From NCBI GenBank assembly GCA_037447605.1, contig CM074804.1, positions 5,433,909 through 5,497,908 of the forward strand: 64,000 nucleotides of DNA. Reading direction: 5' to 3'. The number at the start of each line of letters is the position of its first letter. The first letter of the stretch is position 1. The DNA comes from Zygnema circumcarinatum SAG 698-1b (lineage: Eukaryota > Plantae > Zygnematophyceae). Both the position numbers and the translations under genes were made by a program. Shown piece by piece: positions 12,301-24,299 of this stretch. The notes beneath the pieces were generated by a model. That model saw nothing but the letters and a program-made list of their open reading frames with translations, made no database searches and was not told the origin of the DNA.

Positions 12301-15300
12301 CTCACCTTTGGACGCTTGTTTGCTCGGATATGTCGAAGGCAAAGTTGCTTCATCGAAGGATTCGAGAGGAGGACTTGACGGCACTTCGAGAAGTGGAGAG
12401 GGCTCCAGTGCCATATCGAGATTGCCATGGTATGTGGAGGGGATGACCCTTCAAGCACACTCTTGGGATTAGAGACTAGCTTTGGAGTTAGAGACTAATG
12501 AACTAGAATCTTCACATAGGTTATGGGAGAGGCTAGGAGAGGTGCTGGGTGGCAAGGAGTGCCACGTAAGGAAAGAGTTCACTTCCAATGCGTTTGGGGT
12601 GAAGGAGGCCCAAGATTTAGGGTCTACGAGAGGAAGCTGCCCAAGGAACCATTGCTTAAATCCTGACTAGTCTGGTGGACAGAGCTAGTGGAATTGATAG
12701 TCACTAAGATGTTAGTGATGGACCACTAAGGAGGAGTTTAGGGAATTCCCCAAGGAGTAGTGGAGGAGATCAATTCGGAGGTAGGAAGGTCGCAACTTCC
12801 TATGAGGAGTCTACTTCACGGAGGAGTAGATGTAGCAAAGGAGTAGAATGGATAGAGTCAAAAGGAGTTGACAACCATTCAAGGAGGGGCAAGGCTGAAG
12901 TCGGACGAGGAGGATTCCACTCCAAGTCGACATTATGGAGCCGTGAGCTCGTGGAGATCACATTGCTAACGGACTTGCAGGGCTTATCTTGTGGAGGGAT
13001 CATTTGGATCCAAGGAGACAGCGTGGTGGCTCAAGTGTGTCCAGACGTGGACGGAATCTTTGTTTGAAGAGTTTGCTGGGAGTGCACGCCTAGTTTACTC
13101 GGGAACAAGATAGTGACCTTTTCGAAGGAGGAGCCGAGTTGTTGATCTCAAGAGGAGTCAAGAGAAGCTGGTGGATCTCGAAGGAGAAGTGGCGTACAGC
13201 TGTCGTGGAAGACAAGGTGAAGTACTTTTAGGCCACAAAATTTGTTTGAAATTTTCCTTAAAAGGTGAATTTATTTTGGAGGCAAGCAGGTGGAGTTAGA
13301 TGCAGGTTGCTGTGAGTTACATCACATGCAGATGGAGACCCTCGTGATGGGATAGAGCGGAGTAGCTTGTACTTCTTCGAAAAGGGGAAGGTGCAGCGAT
13401 GGACAATTGCACGATAGCTTGTGGAGCTCGGCATCAAGGAACTCGGACACCTAAGCTAGAAGAGCTTGAAGATGCTTGCAAGGACTAAGATCTTGAGAGG
13501 TGCCTAGGTTCGGAAGACACAAGAGGGAAGAGACGTCGACATGGAGATGGCGAGATCGCACTCATGAGGGGATGGCGCTCGGAAGCAAGGTACCTCAACC
13601 TTGCATACCTCTTAGTGTGATAGAGTTTAGAGGGAGAGGATTCGACTTTTCCTCAAAGGAAGAAGATAGTAAGTCTCGGCGACTTGGTTGGAGGAGGATG
13701 CTACAAGGGTAGCCCAATAGGCCCAATCAAGCTTATCATTAGCGGAGGAGCAGCTAGACGATGGACCGGTGATGCTGACTTCAGATGACTTCTCTCCGGA
13801 GTAGGAGACATGAAGAAGGTGCTATGATAGAGGCGGCTGAGCAGTCTTGAAGTGTTGAAGCGACGAACTTGAAGGTTCGAGGAGCTGCAAGTGATCATGG
13901 AGATCAAGAGGCGGCAAGAAGCGCTTGAAGGCGTGGCTGGTGGCAACGGAATCAAGGGACGAGCAGAGTGTGGAGAATGTCATCATGATGATGGTGCAGT
14001 ACACTTCCCTTCGTGGTATTCCTTAGAAAGTCACTAAGCTAGAGTAAGGTGTTTTCAGATGCATATGAAAGGTGCAAGTATTACACTCTTGGAGAAATTG
14101 ACACGCAATGAAGAAAGTGTCAAGCAGGGTTTGTAAGACCCTGATAAGGGAAGAGGAACATCCGGTTTGCCAGCTCATTGATGGAGAACATGAGCAGAAT
14201 TGAGACCCCAAAGGTGGAGTACAAGAGGAGGGTGCCAAGATGTCGAAGCTAGAGTTGGCTTTGGAGGACCAGTCTTTGTACATGTAGGCTGTTTAGCTTA
14301 AGAGGGGGTAGGCAAGGTGTTCAGATTCGACCTTGGCAGATGGCGCTGAGGAGAGATTGTCCATGGGGGACATGTGAGTAGAGAGAATGTCCATGGGAGG
14401 ACATGTGAGTTCATAGTGTGAGGTCCCAGGATCGTGAAGAGGAAGTTGTTGATGAGGGCGGCACTTCATTTGGATGGAGGCCTACAACAAGTGGCGAGAG
14501 TACCACAAGAAGGATTCATGGGACAGATATGAACGACCTCATGTTTATGAGGGGGTGAGCGGCAATGGAGAAGACGACTTCATGGATATGTGAGTTGGGA
14601 GGAGAAGATGGGACTTCTCAGGTTTACCTTGGAGGATGACCTTTTGAAGAGTTCAGAGGTTGAAGGTTCCCACCACATTGTTGACAAGGTGTCAACTGCG
14701 CTCAAGGAGATTATGATGTGCGAGGATTGCACATGCGAAGTAAAGACCATCTATTGGACGAGGTGGCCCGGGGGAGAGTGCAATGGCTGTTGCATTCACG
14801 GTGGAATCAATTCAAGGGAATTGATGTGCAAGCGGCAAGGTATGCCTAGTTAGTTGTTGCTAAGCTTAGGGTGCCATGTTAGTATAGCTTGCAAGGAACT
14901 TACGTACCAAGAGGGGGATTGTTGATGTATAGGTACATCAAGGTGTTGGTACTTAGTTCCTAGCATGAATGTTGTCCAGGAGATCATGTGTTGATGTAGG
15001 GACAATGTCATGCATGAATGGTCATGTTTGCATAGGACCAAATACGGGACGCTTCAAATTGTTAAAGGCAATGTACCGGCGGTTCAGGGAAGGTCTAGGT
15101 CGTAGATTTACGCAAGCCAGGCTTAGACCCCACTAAAGGGGTGCGCCGATGCCATTAATCGGTCCGGAGCGCAACCGTGACGGACGGCGCCGCCGATCGC
15201 ACGGACGACGCGAAATGTTCGACGCTGAGGCCTTTGGTGAAAGGCGATTCGCACTGTTTACATGATTGGTCGCCGCCGTAGTGCAGATCGCTGACGCTAA

Positions 15301-16506
15301 TTCCGCGGGACATTTCGCATGATTAGGGATGCCCCTTTCGAGTACGAATTCTGGTCCGGTGCCAAGGTACAGCGCGGCGGAGTCAGGAGTGACGTGGCGC
15401 GACGCCTGCAGATTGAAGGGACAAGGCGCGGTGCCAATGTCGCGTAGTGAATCAGGAGTGAGGAGGGCCGTGCATCAGAGTGTCTCATGTGGAGGACAGT
15501 GGCGAATCGAAGGCGCCATGCTGTCAGATTTGGGGGTAAGGCCTGTAGGGCCTAGGTTGGGTGACTCGCAGGCTTACGGGGTCCCACATGCAGCTGAGTT
15601 AGTGAGGAGTCAGATCGTACGGTGCAGGACGAGGATCAAGATGAGGCTGAGTTGGATCCGACGGGCTGAGGAGCTGGATCCGTGTGAGCCAAGGAGGATC
15701 TGATGGAGCACGATTAAGATCAGGATAGGGCCCTTGCAAGGCGCTGCATGGGTGGCCGTGACATGACGGCGTCACGTGACAAAGGCCGCCATGGTATATG
15801 AGGGAGCAAGCTTGGCTTCCTACTTACTCGCTCATACTCACTCGGAACGTTATGCTGCTCAACCTTCGTGTTAGGAAGAGTAGGCAGAGGCTGAGGCCTT
15901 GAGGAGTCCGGCCTTGTGTAGGGGGTTGCGAAACTGTCTCTCATCATGGCTGAGCTCAGTGAAAGAGTTAGAGATGTGTCCCTCTCGTGTTGAGGACAGG
16001 AGGAGTTCCGTCACAGGATAGTGCTTAGCTACTACAGTTGAGAGAACCTATCACAAGGATAGGGTAGTGCTCATGAGAGGAGGAGAATCGGGATAAGGCT
16101 TATGTAGAGTTCCTGAAGAGAGCTTGTATTACACCTATGAATGTTAAGGAAGTCAGGGCTGAGGCTTCTCCTTATACTTGTGTCATTCGTCACATGTGAG
16201 TCCTTGTGTTGGATTGGCGTGATGGATGAGTGGAGGCGACCATTGTATGGGCGGTGTGTCGCATCACACGTGGAGACCATTGGAGGAGCGTGGAGCTGAA
16301 GGAGCCGAGACCATGAAGAGATGAAGAAGTGTTCTTGTAGGTGGCGCGTTTTGTTTTCCGCTGTGCGCACCTGGTGAGGGGAGGAAGAGAAGGCATACTG
16401 TGGCGGATGCGGTATGTGGCCTAAGTAGATGTGGAAGACGTTTTGGAGTGTTCACTCAAGCATGTTTTATCCTTCCACTAGTCTCTCCTGCCCCCTCACA
16501 CCAACA
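9314..16506 (+). mobile_element. LTR retrotransposon family A, copy 2 (LTRs ~1.6 kb, ~3.2 kb non-coding interior)
   Basis: 5' LTR 9314-10926 (TGTTG...CAACA); PBS 10929-10940, repeated at 11752-11763 in a gap-flanking duplicate; interior collinear with 490-3673; PPT before 3' LTR 14920-16506. Confidence 0.9.
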
Positions 16507-16508
16507 AG

Positions 16509-16708
16509 TGGTATCAGAGCTTATGGTTGAAGTCTTGGAGCATTTGGTGCTTAAGGTTCAGTCCTAGCTTATGGGTGAAATCCTGAAGAGTGCCAAGTGA
16601 TAGTGAGGGTCCTGGAGCATACTGAAGTGAGGGATGCAGTTCCTTGAGAGTATGAGTTCCAAAGGGAGAGATCCTTGACTAGAGAAAGAGCTGAAGGAAT
16701 AGTTCTTT
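16509..16708 (+). mobile_element. Start of a further family A interior (tandem LTR-int-LTR-int), cut by 100-N gap
   Basis: PBS TGGTATCAGAGC 16509-16520 followed by the same TTATGGTTGAAGTCTTGG... sequence as at 490 and 11764. Confidence 0.75.
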
Positions 16709-16808
16709 NNNNNNNNNNNNNNNNNNNNNNNNNNNNNNNNNNNNNNNNNNNNNNNNNNNNNNNNNNNNNNNNNNNNNNNNNNNNNNNNNNNNNNNNNNNN
16801 NNNNNNNN

Positions 16809-16877
16809 GGCCGAGTACTTACATCCGCGGTTGCCTTTTAATGGTAAAGCACCTAGGTGAATACCGGGAGGTCCTGA
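16809..16877 (+). mobile_element. Second copy of LTR-C 5' part with most of the tRNA-like segment
   Basis: Matches 4690-4758 except one base (CCTAG vs CTTAG in the anticodon-stem position); ends just before the T-loop. Confidence 0.85.
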
Positions 16878-17100
16878 AAGGGAAAGGGAAGGGAGAAAGG
16901 AAGGGAGAAAGAAAGAAAGAAAGGAAGGGAAGGGATCAGGGAAGAGAAGGGAAGGGAAGGGATTAGGGAAGAGAAGGGAAGGGAAGGAAGAAGGGAAGGA
17001 AGAAGGGAAAAAGGAAGGGAAGGGAAACGGGAAGGGAGAAATCAATAGAAAATAGGGCAAAATGGGCAGAAATGGCTGAATCAACGCAAAATGAAAAAAC
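16878..17100. repeat. Purine-rich low-complexity tract, (GGAAG/GGGAA)-like
   Basis: Almost purely G/A for ~165 bp, then A-rich. Confidence 0.9.
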
Positions 17101-17469
17101 ATAAGAAGAATACCACCGAACCTAAGAAGGACTAAAACACAAGAGGAACAATGCAGTACAACAAGACAAATTACGGCAGAAAACGTCTAAAAACAAACAC
17201 GCATTGTAGCCCACAACGCGCTAGCACGTTAGTGAAATTGGAACCTCACTGCCATTACAGCGCCTCTTACAGCGCGAAGGACGGATCCGCCTCCACCGCC
17301 GTGCCCGCGCACCAGCGCTCAAGCCCGCACACTGCCCGCCCGGCCGTCCGATCCACGTCGACGAGGAGGCGGGAAGGGGGCAGGGAGGGAGGGAGGGAGG
17401 GAGGGAGGGACACTGCCCCGAGAAGGGCCGCCTCGCCCCGCCCCCCAAGTGAATTGGTGCATAGGTCGG

Positions 17470-17775
17470 ACCATTAGACCAACCATTCGACTAGTTGCCC
17501 ACCATTGGTGTCGGATCGAAACAACCATTCGAATTGTTTGGATCCAATAGATGCCAATGGTTGGTTAGTGACCATTCGACTGGTTCAAAACCATTGGATA
17601 CAATGCTTGCCAACCATTCGACTGGTGTGAACCATTGGCGTCGGAGAGGGAGAGGGAGAGGGAGAGGGAGAGGGAGAGGGAGGGAAAACGTAGTCGTCCA
17701 ACCATTGCCATCCAATGGTTGACCAATGGTTGCTGATCCATTGGTCCGACCTGTGAAAGTGTTGGTGACCATTGA
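17470..17775. repeat. Cluster of ACCATT(CGA/GG) motifs in both orientations around a (GAGAGG)n tract
   Basis: 13 exact ACCATT/AATGGT hexamers in ~305 bp (4 as ACCATTCGA, 6 as ACCATTGG/CCAATGGT), counted by eye. Confidence 0.8.
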
Positions 17776-18329
17776 AGGGAACCGGCCGGCCGCGCTCCGC
17801 TCCTCCCCTCCCGCCGCGTCCGCGCCGTCCCCGCCGGCGTCCCTGCGCGTCCCCAAACGGTTCCCGCGGGAGCCGCGCCGCGCCGCCGCGGAAGTCTCCG
17901 CCGGCCGGCCGGCCGGCCGGCAGGGCCGTCAGCCGCCGCGACTGCCACGTCGGCTCTCCCCGAGTGGTCCCCGCGGGGATCCAGCGTGGGGCCGCGCGGC
18001 GCCCGCGCGATCGCTGCCACGCCAGCGCGCGCCCTGCGTCCGCCACGTGGCGCGGCCGGCCGCCAGCCGGCCGCAGGGCATCCCGCCGCGCCGGCCGGCA
18101 GCCCGTCCGCGCCTCCGCGTGGGCCCGGTCGGCTCTTTTCGCGAAACACATTTCTCGGGCTGCCCGAGACCCGGGGCACGCTCGCAGAAAGCTGGAAAAG
18201 CGCAGGTGGTGCAACGGGCGAGCGGGGAGGGCAGAGGGACGGCGAGAGTGGGAGCAGGAGAGGGGACGGAGGAAGAGACGGAGGGAGAGCGAGAGGCAAC
18301 CTCTGACGCACGCTCTCGCTCCTTCAGCC

Positions 18330-20291
18330 ATGGCGGCGCGGCTGGATCTCGCTCTGGTGCCTGCAGCTAGTGAGACGGGAAAGCAGGCGGTGCTGCAGAC
18401 GGCTGCTGCGGGGGTGGCTGGCGCGAGGAGGGTGAAGGGCTGCCGAGGAGTGCGGGCGCTATTGGCACCGACGATGAAGAGCGAGAAGGTGTCGGCGCAG
18501 GAAAGCCGGGCCGGAAGGATCGCCAGGGGGTGCAGAAGTGGTTGCAAGGCACCTGCTGTTGCGAGCAGCAGCGTTACTGACAGGATCGTACAGGGATCGT
18601 CGCACGAGTACAACCAGATGATGAAGCGGCAGATGGCGAACCCGTATGAGTACCACCATGATCTTGGTAAGTGCACATGGTTGTCTGCTGGCTCCTTGTT
18701 TCCACTGAATGTGGATGTTTTCCTTCCTTTCCCCTGCTGGCTCATTGTTGTCCGCATTTGGTGGCATTCGTTTGTTTTTCCTGTCTTTTCTTCGGGGTAG
18801 GATCATGTGACTTCTCGGTTTTCTGGAAATTTGTTGCGTTCAGGGTTTGTCGCACAGCTTTTTGCCCTTGTTTTAACGTATCTCTTGTTTCGTATAGAGA
18901 TGGATTTCTGAGGGCGTGTAACGCATAAGTATCAAATGCTTACGAAGGCCCTTTGATTTTAAAACGTTGCTTTACCTGTGCCTACAAGGATGCCTACGTT
19001 GGCGGAGGATTATGTGCATAATCGAGAGTTGGATTCCATGGTTTATGATTAATGCATTTCTTTGATTTTTTCTTCATCAAATTGCTTTATGCTTATGTTC
19101 ACGTTAGGTGATACCTTCTCCCTGGATGCAGGAATGTATTATACTCGGATTGATGACAAGCTCATTGTCGGGTCCCAACCGCAGTCTGCTGGAGACATAG
19201 AGCGCCTTCATTTCGACGAGGGTGTGAACGCTGTTCTGAATCTTCAGCAGGATCATGACATCCATTACTGGGGCATAGACATTCACCCCATTCAAGAAGT
19301 CTGTTCCAAACTTGGTGTTCGCCATTACCGAAGGCCGGTGAGAAATGTGACTTTTGTTTTCTGTGTCTGGTTCTCTTGTGTGTAATGTGTAGGGAAGTCG
19401 ACACGTTAGTCGGTGTTGGACTATCCGGCATGATTTCTGGCTGACGGATTCCGCGCTTGGCGTTGTCCAGCAATGTTGGAGCTGGTAGACTCGTGTTTTT
19501 TATGTCTCTTTTGTGGATTATGATTTTATGTGTCGATTTGTAGCATTTGAGGTAAGTCTGCTAGCGCATTTAGGCTTGTTTCTTTCTCCTTAGCTCATAC
19601 CAGTCACCATTTCATTCAGATTTCAGTAGAAGGATTGTAGTTAGTCCTGCATCCGCAGCGCATTGTACATGCAGAGACCTTAACGTATGTTAATGCAGTA
19701 TGTTCTGAATTTCTGTTTGCTCTTATTTTGCAGGCACGCGACTTTGATCCGCACAGTTTGCGCTATGAACTACCACGGATGGTTGCTGTGATTGATCGGA
19801 ACATTGCAGAGGGAAGAACGGTGTATGTGCACTGTACAGCGGGTCTTGGTCGAGCCCCAGGAGCTGCCATTGCGTATCTTTTTTGGTTCAGGGGAATGAA
19901 TGTGAGTGTTTTGCTGTTTTAAGTTGTTGCCGGGTAATTCGTAATCAAATTGACACGGTTACCTTGTTTTCTTACATTGAATTTTTAGGTTTTACTAATG
20001 GACTGGAGGCTGTTTTGGAAGTGAGCATTCCTCTCGCGGAAGTCACGTTGCTGACCTTTTACGGGTGACGTGTGGGTATTGCAGATGAGTATGGCTTACG
20101 ACTATCTTACGTCCAAACGGCCATGTGGCCCAAAGGCAGAGGCAATTCGAGGGGCAACTTATGATTTGGCGAAGAATGATCCGTGGCAACCCCCCCTTGA
20201 ACATCTTCCTGGTTTTGCATTTACTGATGTTGCAGATTGGGAACGGAAACTCATTCAAGAGCGAGTACGGAATCTATACAACACAATCTAA
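18330..20291 (+). CDS. LSF2: Phosphoglucan phosphatase LIKE SEX FOUR 2 (dual-specificity phosphatase, starch degradation), 4 exons
   Basis: Exons 18330-18666, 19132-19337, 19734-19901, 20085-20291, all GT-AG and in frame; NPYEYHHDLG-M-Y, catalytic HCTAGLGRAP, C-terminal KRPCGP...GATYDLAKNDPW...DWERKLIQERVR as in plant LSF2; transit-peptide-like N-terminus. Confidence 0.95.
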
Positions 20292-22479
20292 GGTTGCGAT
20301 GGTGTGAATCCTTCCACTGTACCTTGTAGAAGTTAGGAGGGTGGGTGGCTACACTCTGCCGTGGCCACTGCTGTGCCATACAGGCGGTTGGTCCACGTGG
20401 CAGCTGTACATGATTCAAACACAGTCAATCTCATTCATCAGGCTTTACCCTACAAGCCATTAATAAGTCCCTTTTAAGCCGCTAACGATCCCGTGTACAG
20501 CTAGATTGACTTTGGTAGTTTGGTGAAGTTTTTCATTTGGGAAAAGAAGATAGTGGCGGGCGTTAGACGCACCTTTTTTGGCCATTTTTTTTTTGTTGTA
20601 TTATGGGAGGTCCGATTACGGTTTTTGCAAATCGTTTAATATGAAGGTGTGCGGAGTTTGGTGTTTCTACTTGCTGTGTACATGCGAATTATCTGAAGTG
20701 CGGGTCTAGAATATTCGTGGATTGCATAAAGAAGAATGTTTGTGCCTGGGTGACCTCGGTGTACTCGTCCGTTCAGGTCTGTGTCCATTTCCATTTCAAT
20801 GCAAGAAAAAGCCTAGTGTCGGTTGAACAGTGTGCAAAATGTGTGAATGTGCATGCAGCATGCTCTGACCGACGCACGCATTTTGCCAGTGCTGAATGTT
20901 GTCTATTCTCACTGTTGCTGGTCTTTAGATGAAAAGGACCACTTCATAATGACTATTGCTTAAAAAACAATTCATAGACAATTGTTTGGAATTGTGTGTT
21001 TCGTCAGAGCGGTGATGGCACCAATCGTCCTTGGACTATTGGTTCGTTTCTTGCTCACACAGCAGCATGCGCCTCGGTAGGTGGCAGTGGATCGTGGCTG
21101 TACAGCTGTGAGCCTGAACCACGAACGATCCGTTTCCCGGCGTGTCTCTTGTTGTTGTGGCAGCTGGTTAGGACTGAACAAGCGTCAAGCGTTGCATGGA
21201 GGGGGGCACGGGGGCCATGCGGACATGAATATCAACGTCTGACAGCCTCATGACATGGCATCTGTAGTCGAGGCAGGAAGCACAATCATCAATCACCGCA
21301 TCAACTAGTCCTGCAGAAAAAGCACGTCACTACTCGTACCGCGCACCATCATATGCGGTGGCGATCAAGGCGAGGGGGAGGTGGTTCAGGGAAGCTGAGG
21401 GTCATCAGCTCTGTGCAGCGACCCGCTAGATCGCATCATTATGTTGTCAGAAACCTACTTAGATCGTCTCGAGCAAAGCACATGACACGCGACGAACGAT
21501 TTCAGTGTACGGCAAAAAGCGACGGAAGGAACTAGCAAACAATAACCACGACAGCCATCCTCCTTCCTGCAATTCCAGAAGACCAGGGCTGAATGCAAAT
21601 CTCACTGAACCCAGGGAACCAGCAACAACTGGCGAAAGAAATCGAGCAGGAGGCGAATAACAGAAGCGAGGGATCTCCCAAAAGTCTTCGACATACATCG
21701 TTCAGCACAGTTCACACAAAATCCGAAACACGATAGATTCACCAAAGCTTCAATTACATAGTTCACATAACTTATCCTTACGGAAACCGAATAGTCCTGC
21801 CCTAGCAAAGCCTAGTGGGCAGATTCATTTTCTTACGGAAAGTTCCACTCACAAAGCACAGCGCATGACGCCATCTCCTCGGAAACACGCCGGAGTAGAA
21901 AACACTACACGCTATTCTAACATCCAATATACCATAACAGACAGAGGACAGGGCTCTGTACTACAAAGGCAAGCCTCTGCACTTATCCCTGCCCATATCT
22001 CTGCTAAAAAAGACCACCCCATAACCTAAACATAGCTAAAAAAGGACTACTTGGCACAGGGGCCCCATATACTGCACAACATACATGCAAACCCACCTCC
22101 CTCCCAGTTCCCCTAATATCAAGCCTACTTGGTGCTATGGACAGGATAGCCAGCACTGCCATGCCATAGCATACTAGAAGACCTCATGGCATGCCAATCC
22201 ATGGAACAAAACCGAACTCCCATGTTCGCACATGGCCAGGCATGCCATGCAATGCAATGGCAGGGCACCACCAAGCTAGCCTTGCCACAGCCGATGATTG
22301 CTTTGCCATAAAAAAGCTTGGTGGACGCCCTCTTCTTTGCAAAGTGATATCCGATCGGTGCGAGGGCTGGCCACAAGACACTCAAATAATCGCCTCCATG
22401 ATTCCTTCCCACACGTTTTCCCTGCCTGCCTTCAGGAAATGCAGGCACGTTACTCCAAAGCAGGGACGGAAGCTTCCTC

Positions 22480-24230
22480 TCAAAGACTCAACTGACTAAG
22501 AACCTGCCGCGTGGCAGCTTCCCCTTCAATAGACTCGTTGGAATCATCATCTTCTTCTTCTCGTGACCGGCGTGGAGCCGCATGGACTTGAATGAGTGTA
22601 CGAACAGTGACGGGAGGAGCAAGCCCCATGCCTCTGCCCTCCAATCCCATTGAAGAATGACCCATACCCATTCCCATCGATGACATTCCTGACCCGAGAC
22701 CCTGCCAGTACGTGCGAGAGCTTGGCCACATCATATCCGCTGGCCCCATTTCATTGTTGGCCTCTGACACGACCATCTGCGGCCGCACAATCTCTTTCCT
22801 GCTTGTTGTCTCGCGCAGCCATTCTTCCTCATCTGCCTCATGCTCATCCAGAGGCTGCTGCCTGACAGATGTCTGCGGCAGAGAGCGAACAGAGCTGTTG
22901 GATAGTGCCATGCCGCTGCCAATAACTCCAGCAGCAGGCACCTGGCGGGGCCGCGGCTGATAGGCCATGGGCGGCCTCATGTCTATCTCCGATACCCCTT
23001 CCTGATGCAGTACGCGGGGACGCGGCTGATACGCCATTCCGGGCCTGATCGCAATACTAGTGTGGCGCACCACCGCAGAGGATTCCCCATTGGAAGACAT
23101 CTGTCCCTGACCCTGCCCAAGGCCTTGGTTGGCTATCTGCTGCGGGGTGTACCTGCTGCTCTGTAGAACATCCTGCCCATAAGCTCTCAACGACTCCGTT
23201 GTCCTCCTTTCCAGCGGCACCCATGTAGGATTGACATGATGCGGAACATAAGCAGGTGGAGGAGCCATGGCAGCCCTCTGCAGCACGCGGTCCTCCAGGT
23301 TGGCGCGGTACATGCGCTGCTGCTGCTGCAGTGCGCTCTGCAGAGCGGTAGAACTGACATTCGAGGAGAGGCGCTCCCCTCTCCCGCTCGCGCTGGCTAG
23401 GGCGCGGGCTATGGTGTTCTGCTCCTGCTCATCTGAAAATTCGATTTCTGCAATGGGCGAAGGCTGGCCCTGGCCAACATCTGCAGTGCAGAAAGCAGCG
23501 TTCAGAACAAGAAAACAGCAGACAGAAAGAAGGAAGCAAGATGGACGTGCGAGAGACCGATCTCCATGCTCTGTCCCCCAACATGTACAAACACTATCCT
23601 CGTCCTGCCTCCGCATATGACACCTATCCGTTCACATACAGGTCAAAACCTCAAAGGAAGGCCAAATTGTAAGTGCCACACTGCAAGTTGCGCTCAGCAC
23701 GCAAACCAACCTCCCTGCGCAACCACCCTTCCCAACGAAACCCTAACAACATATATACACTTACGCTTCTTCAGTGCAGTCCACGCCGCCATAGCCGCGT
23801 TCTTTTCCGCCTGCTTCTTGGTCTTGGCCGCGTCTCCTGCGAAGCGCAAGCCTGCAACCTCCACCGTGCAGGTGAAGACGGGCACGTGGCCGGGCCCTGA
23901 GCGCACAGTGGAGTAATCAGGCAGGGCCACGCCCGCCCTCTGCGCCGTCTCCTGCAGAAGGTTCTTGCAGACGCCTGTTTCGTCCAGCACCCGTGCAGCC
24001 AGGGACTGTGCAGGGCCCCTGCGCGAAAGCGTGCTCAGGGCTACCTCTGCGGCCGCATGCTCCGCCTGGCGCAGCGTGTTGAAGAATCCCGGGCTCTCAA
24101 AAACCTCGCCATTGAAGTTCACGGTGGCCTTGAAGCGCGGCGCGTGGTCCGGCCCCTCGCGCTTGCACGCGTATGCGGGGAGGTTGAAGCTGCTGCGCTG
24201 GGCCAGCTCTTGCAGCTGGTTCTTGAACAT
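22480..24230 (-). CDS. DRB2: Double-stranded RNA-binding protein, DRB2/3/5 clade (two N-terminal dsRBMs plus long disordered tail), 2 exons
   Basis: Exon 1 24230-23765: MFKNQLQELAQRS...EGPDHAPRFKATVNFNGE...KNLLQETAQR...KKQAEKNAAMAAW. Exon 2 23480-22480 joins in phase 1 and carries an APPVTVRT motif. Confidence 0.92.
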
Positions 24231-24299
24231 CGTGCTGGAGTGGCGAGTGGGCCCGCAGCTCCAATCAGAGGAGAGAGAGGGAGGGGGAAGGACTCTTCC

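Noticed and set aside
15060-16130. Dense small indels relative to the 5' LTR (also in Gypsy D LTRs and pol)
   Set aside because: Patchy indel pattern could reflect low-quality gap-filling sequence, so LTR divergence was not used for dating and frameshifts may be overstated.
17491-18800. Many overlapping Arg/Pro/Ala-rich ORFs upstream of LSF2
   Set aside because: GC-rich sequence lacks stop codons; only the frame ending in the LSF2 first exon has homology.
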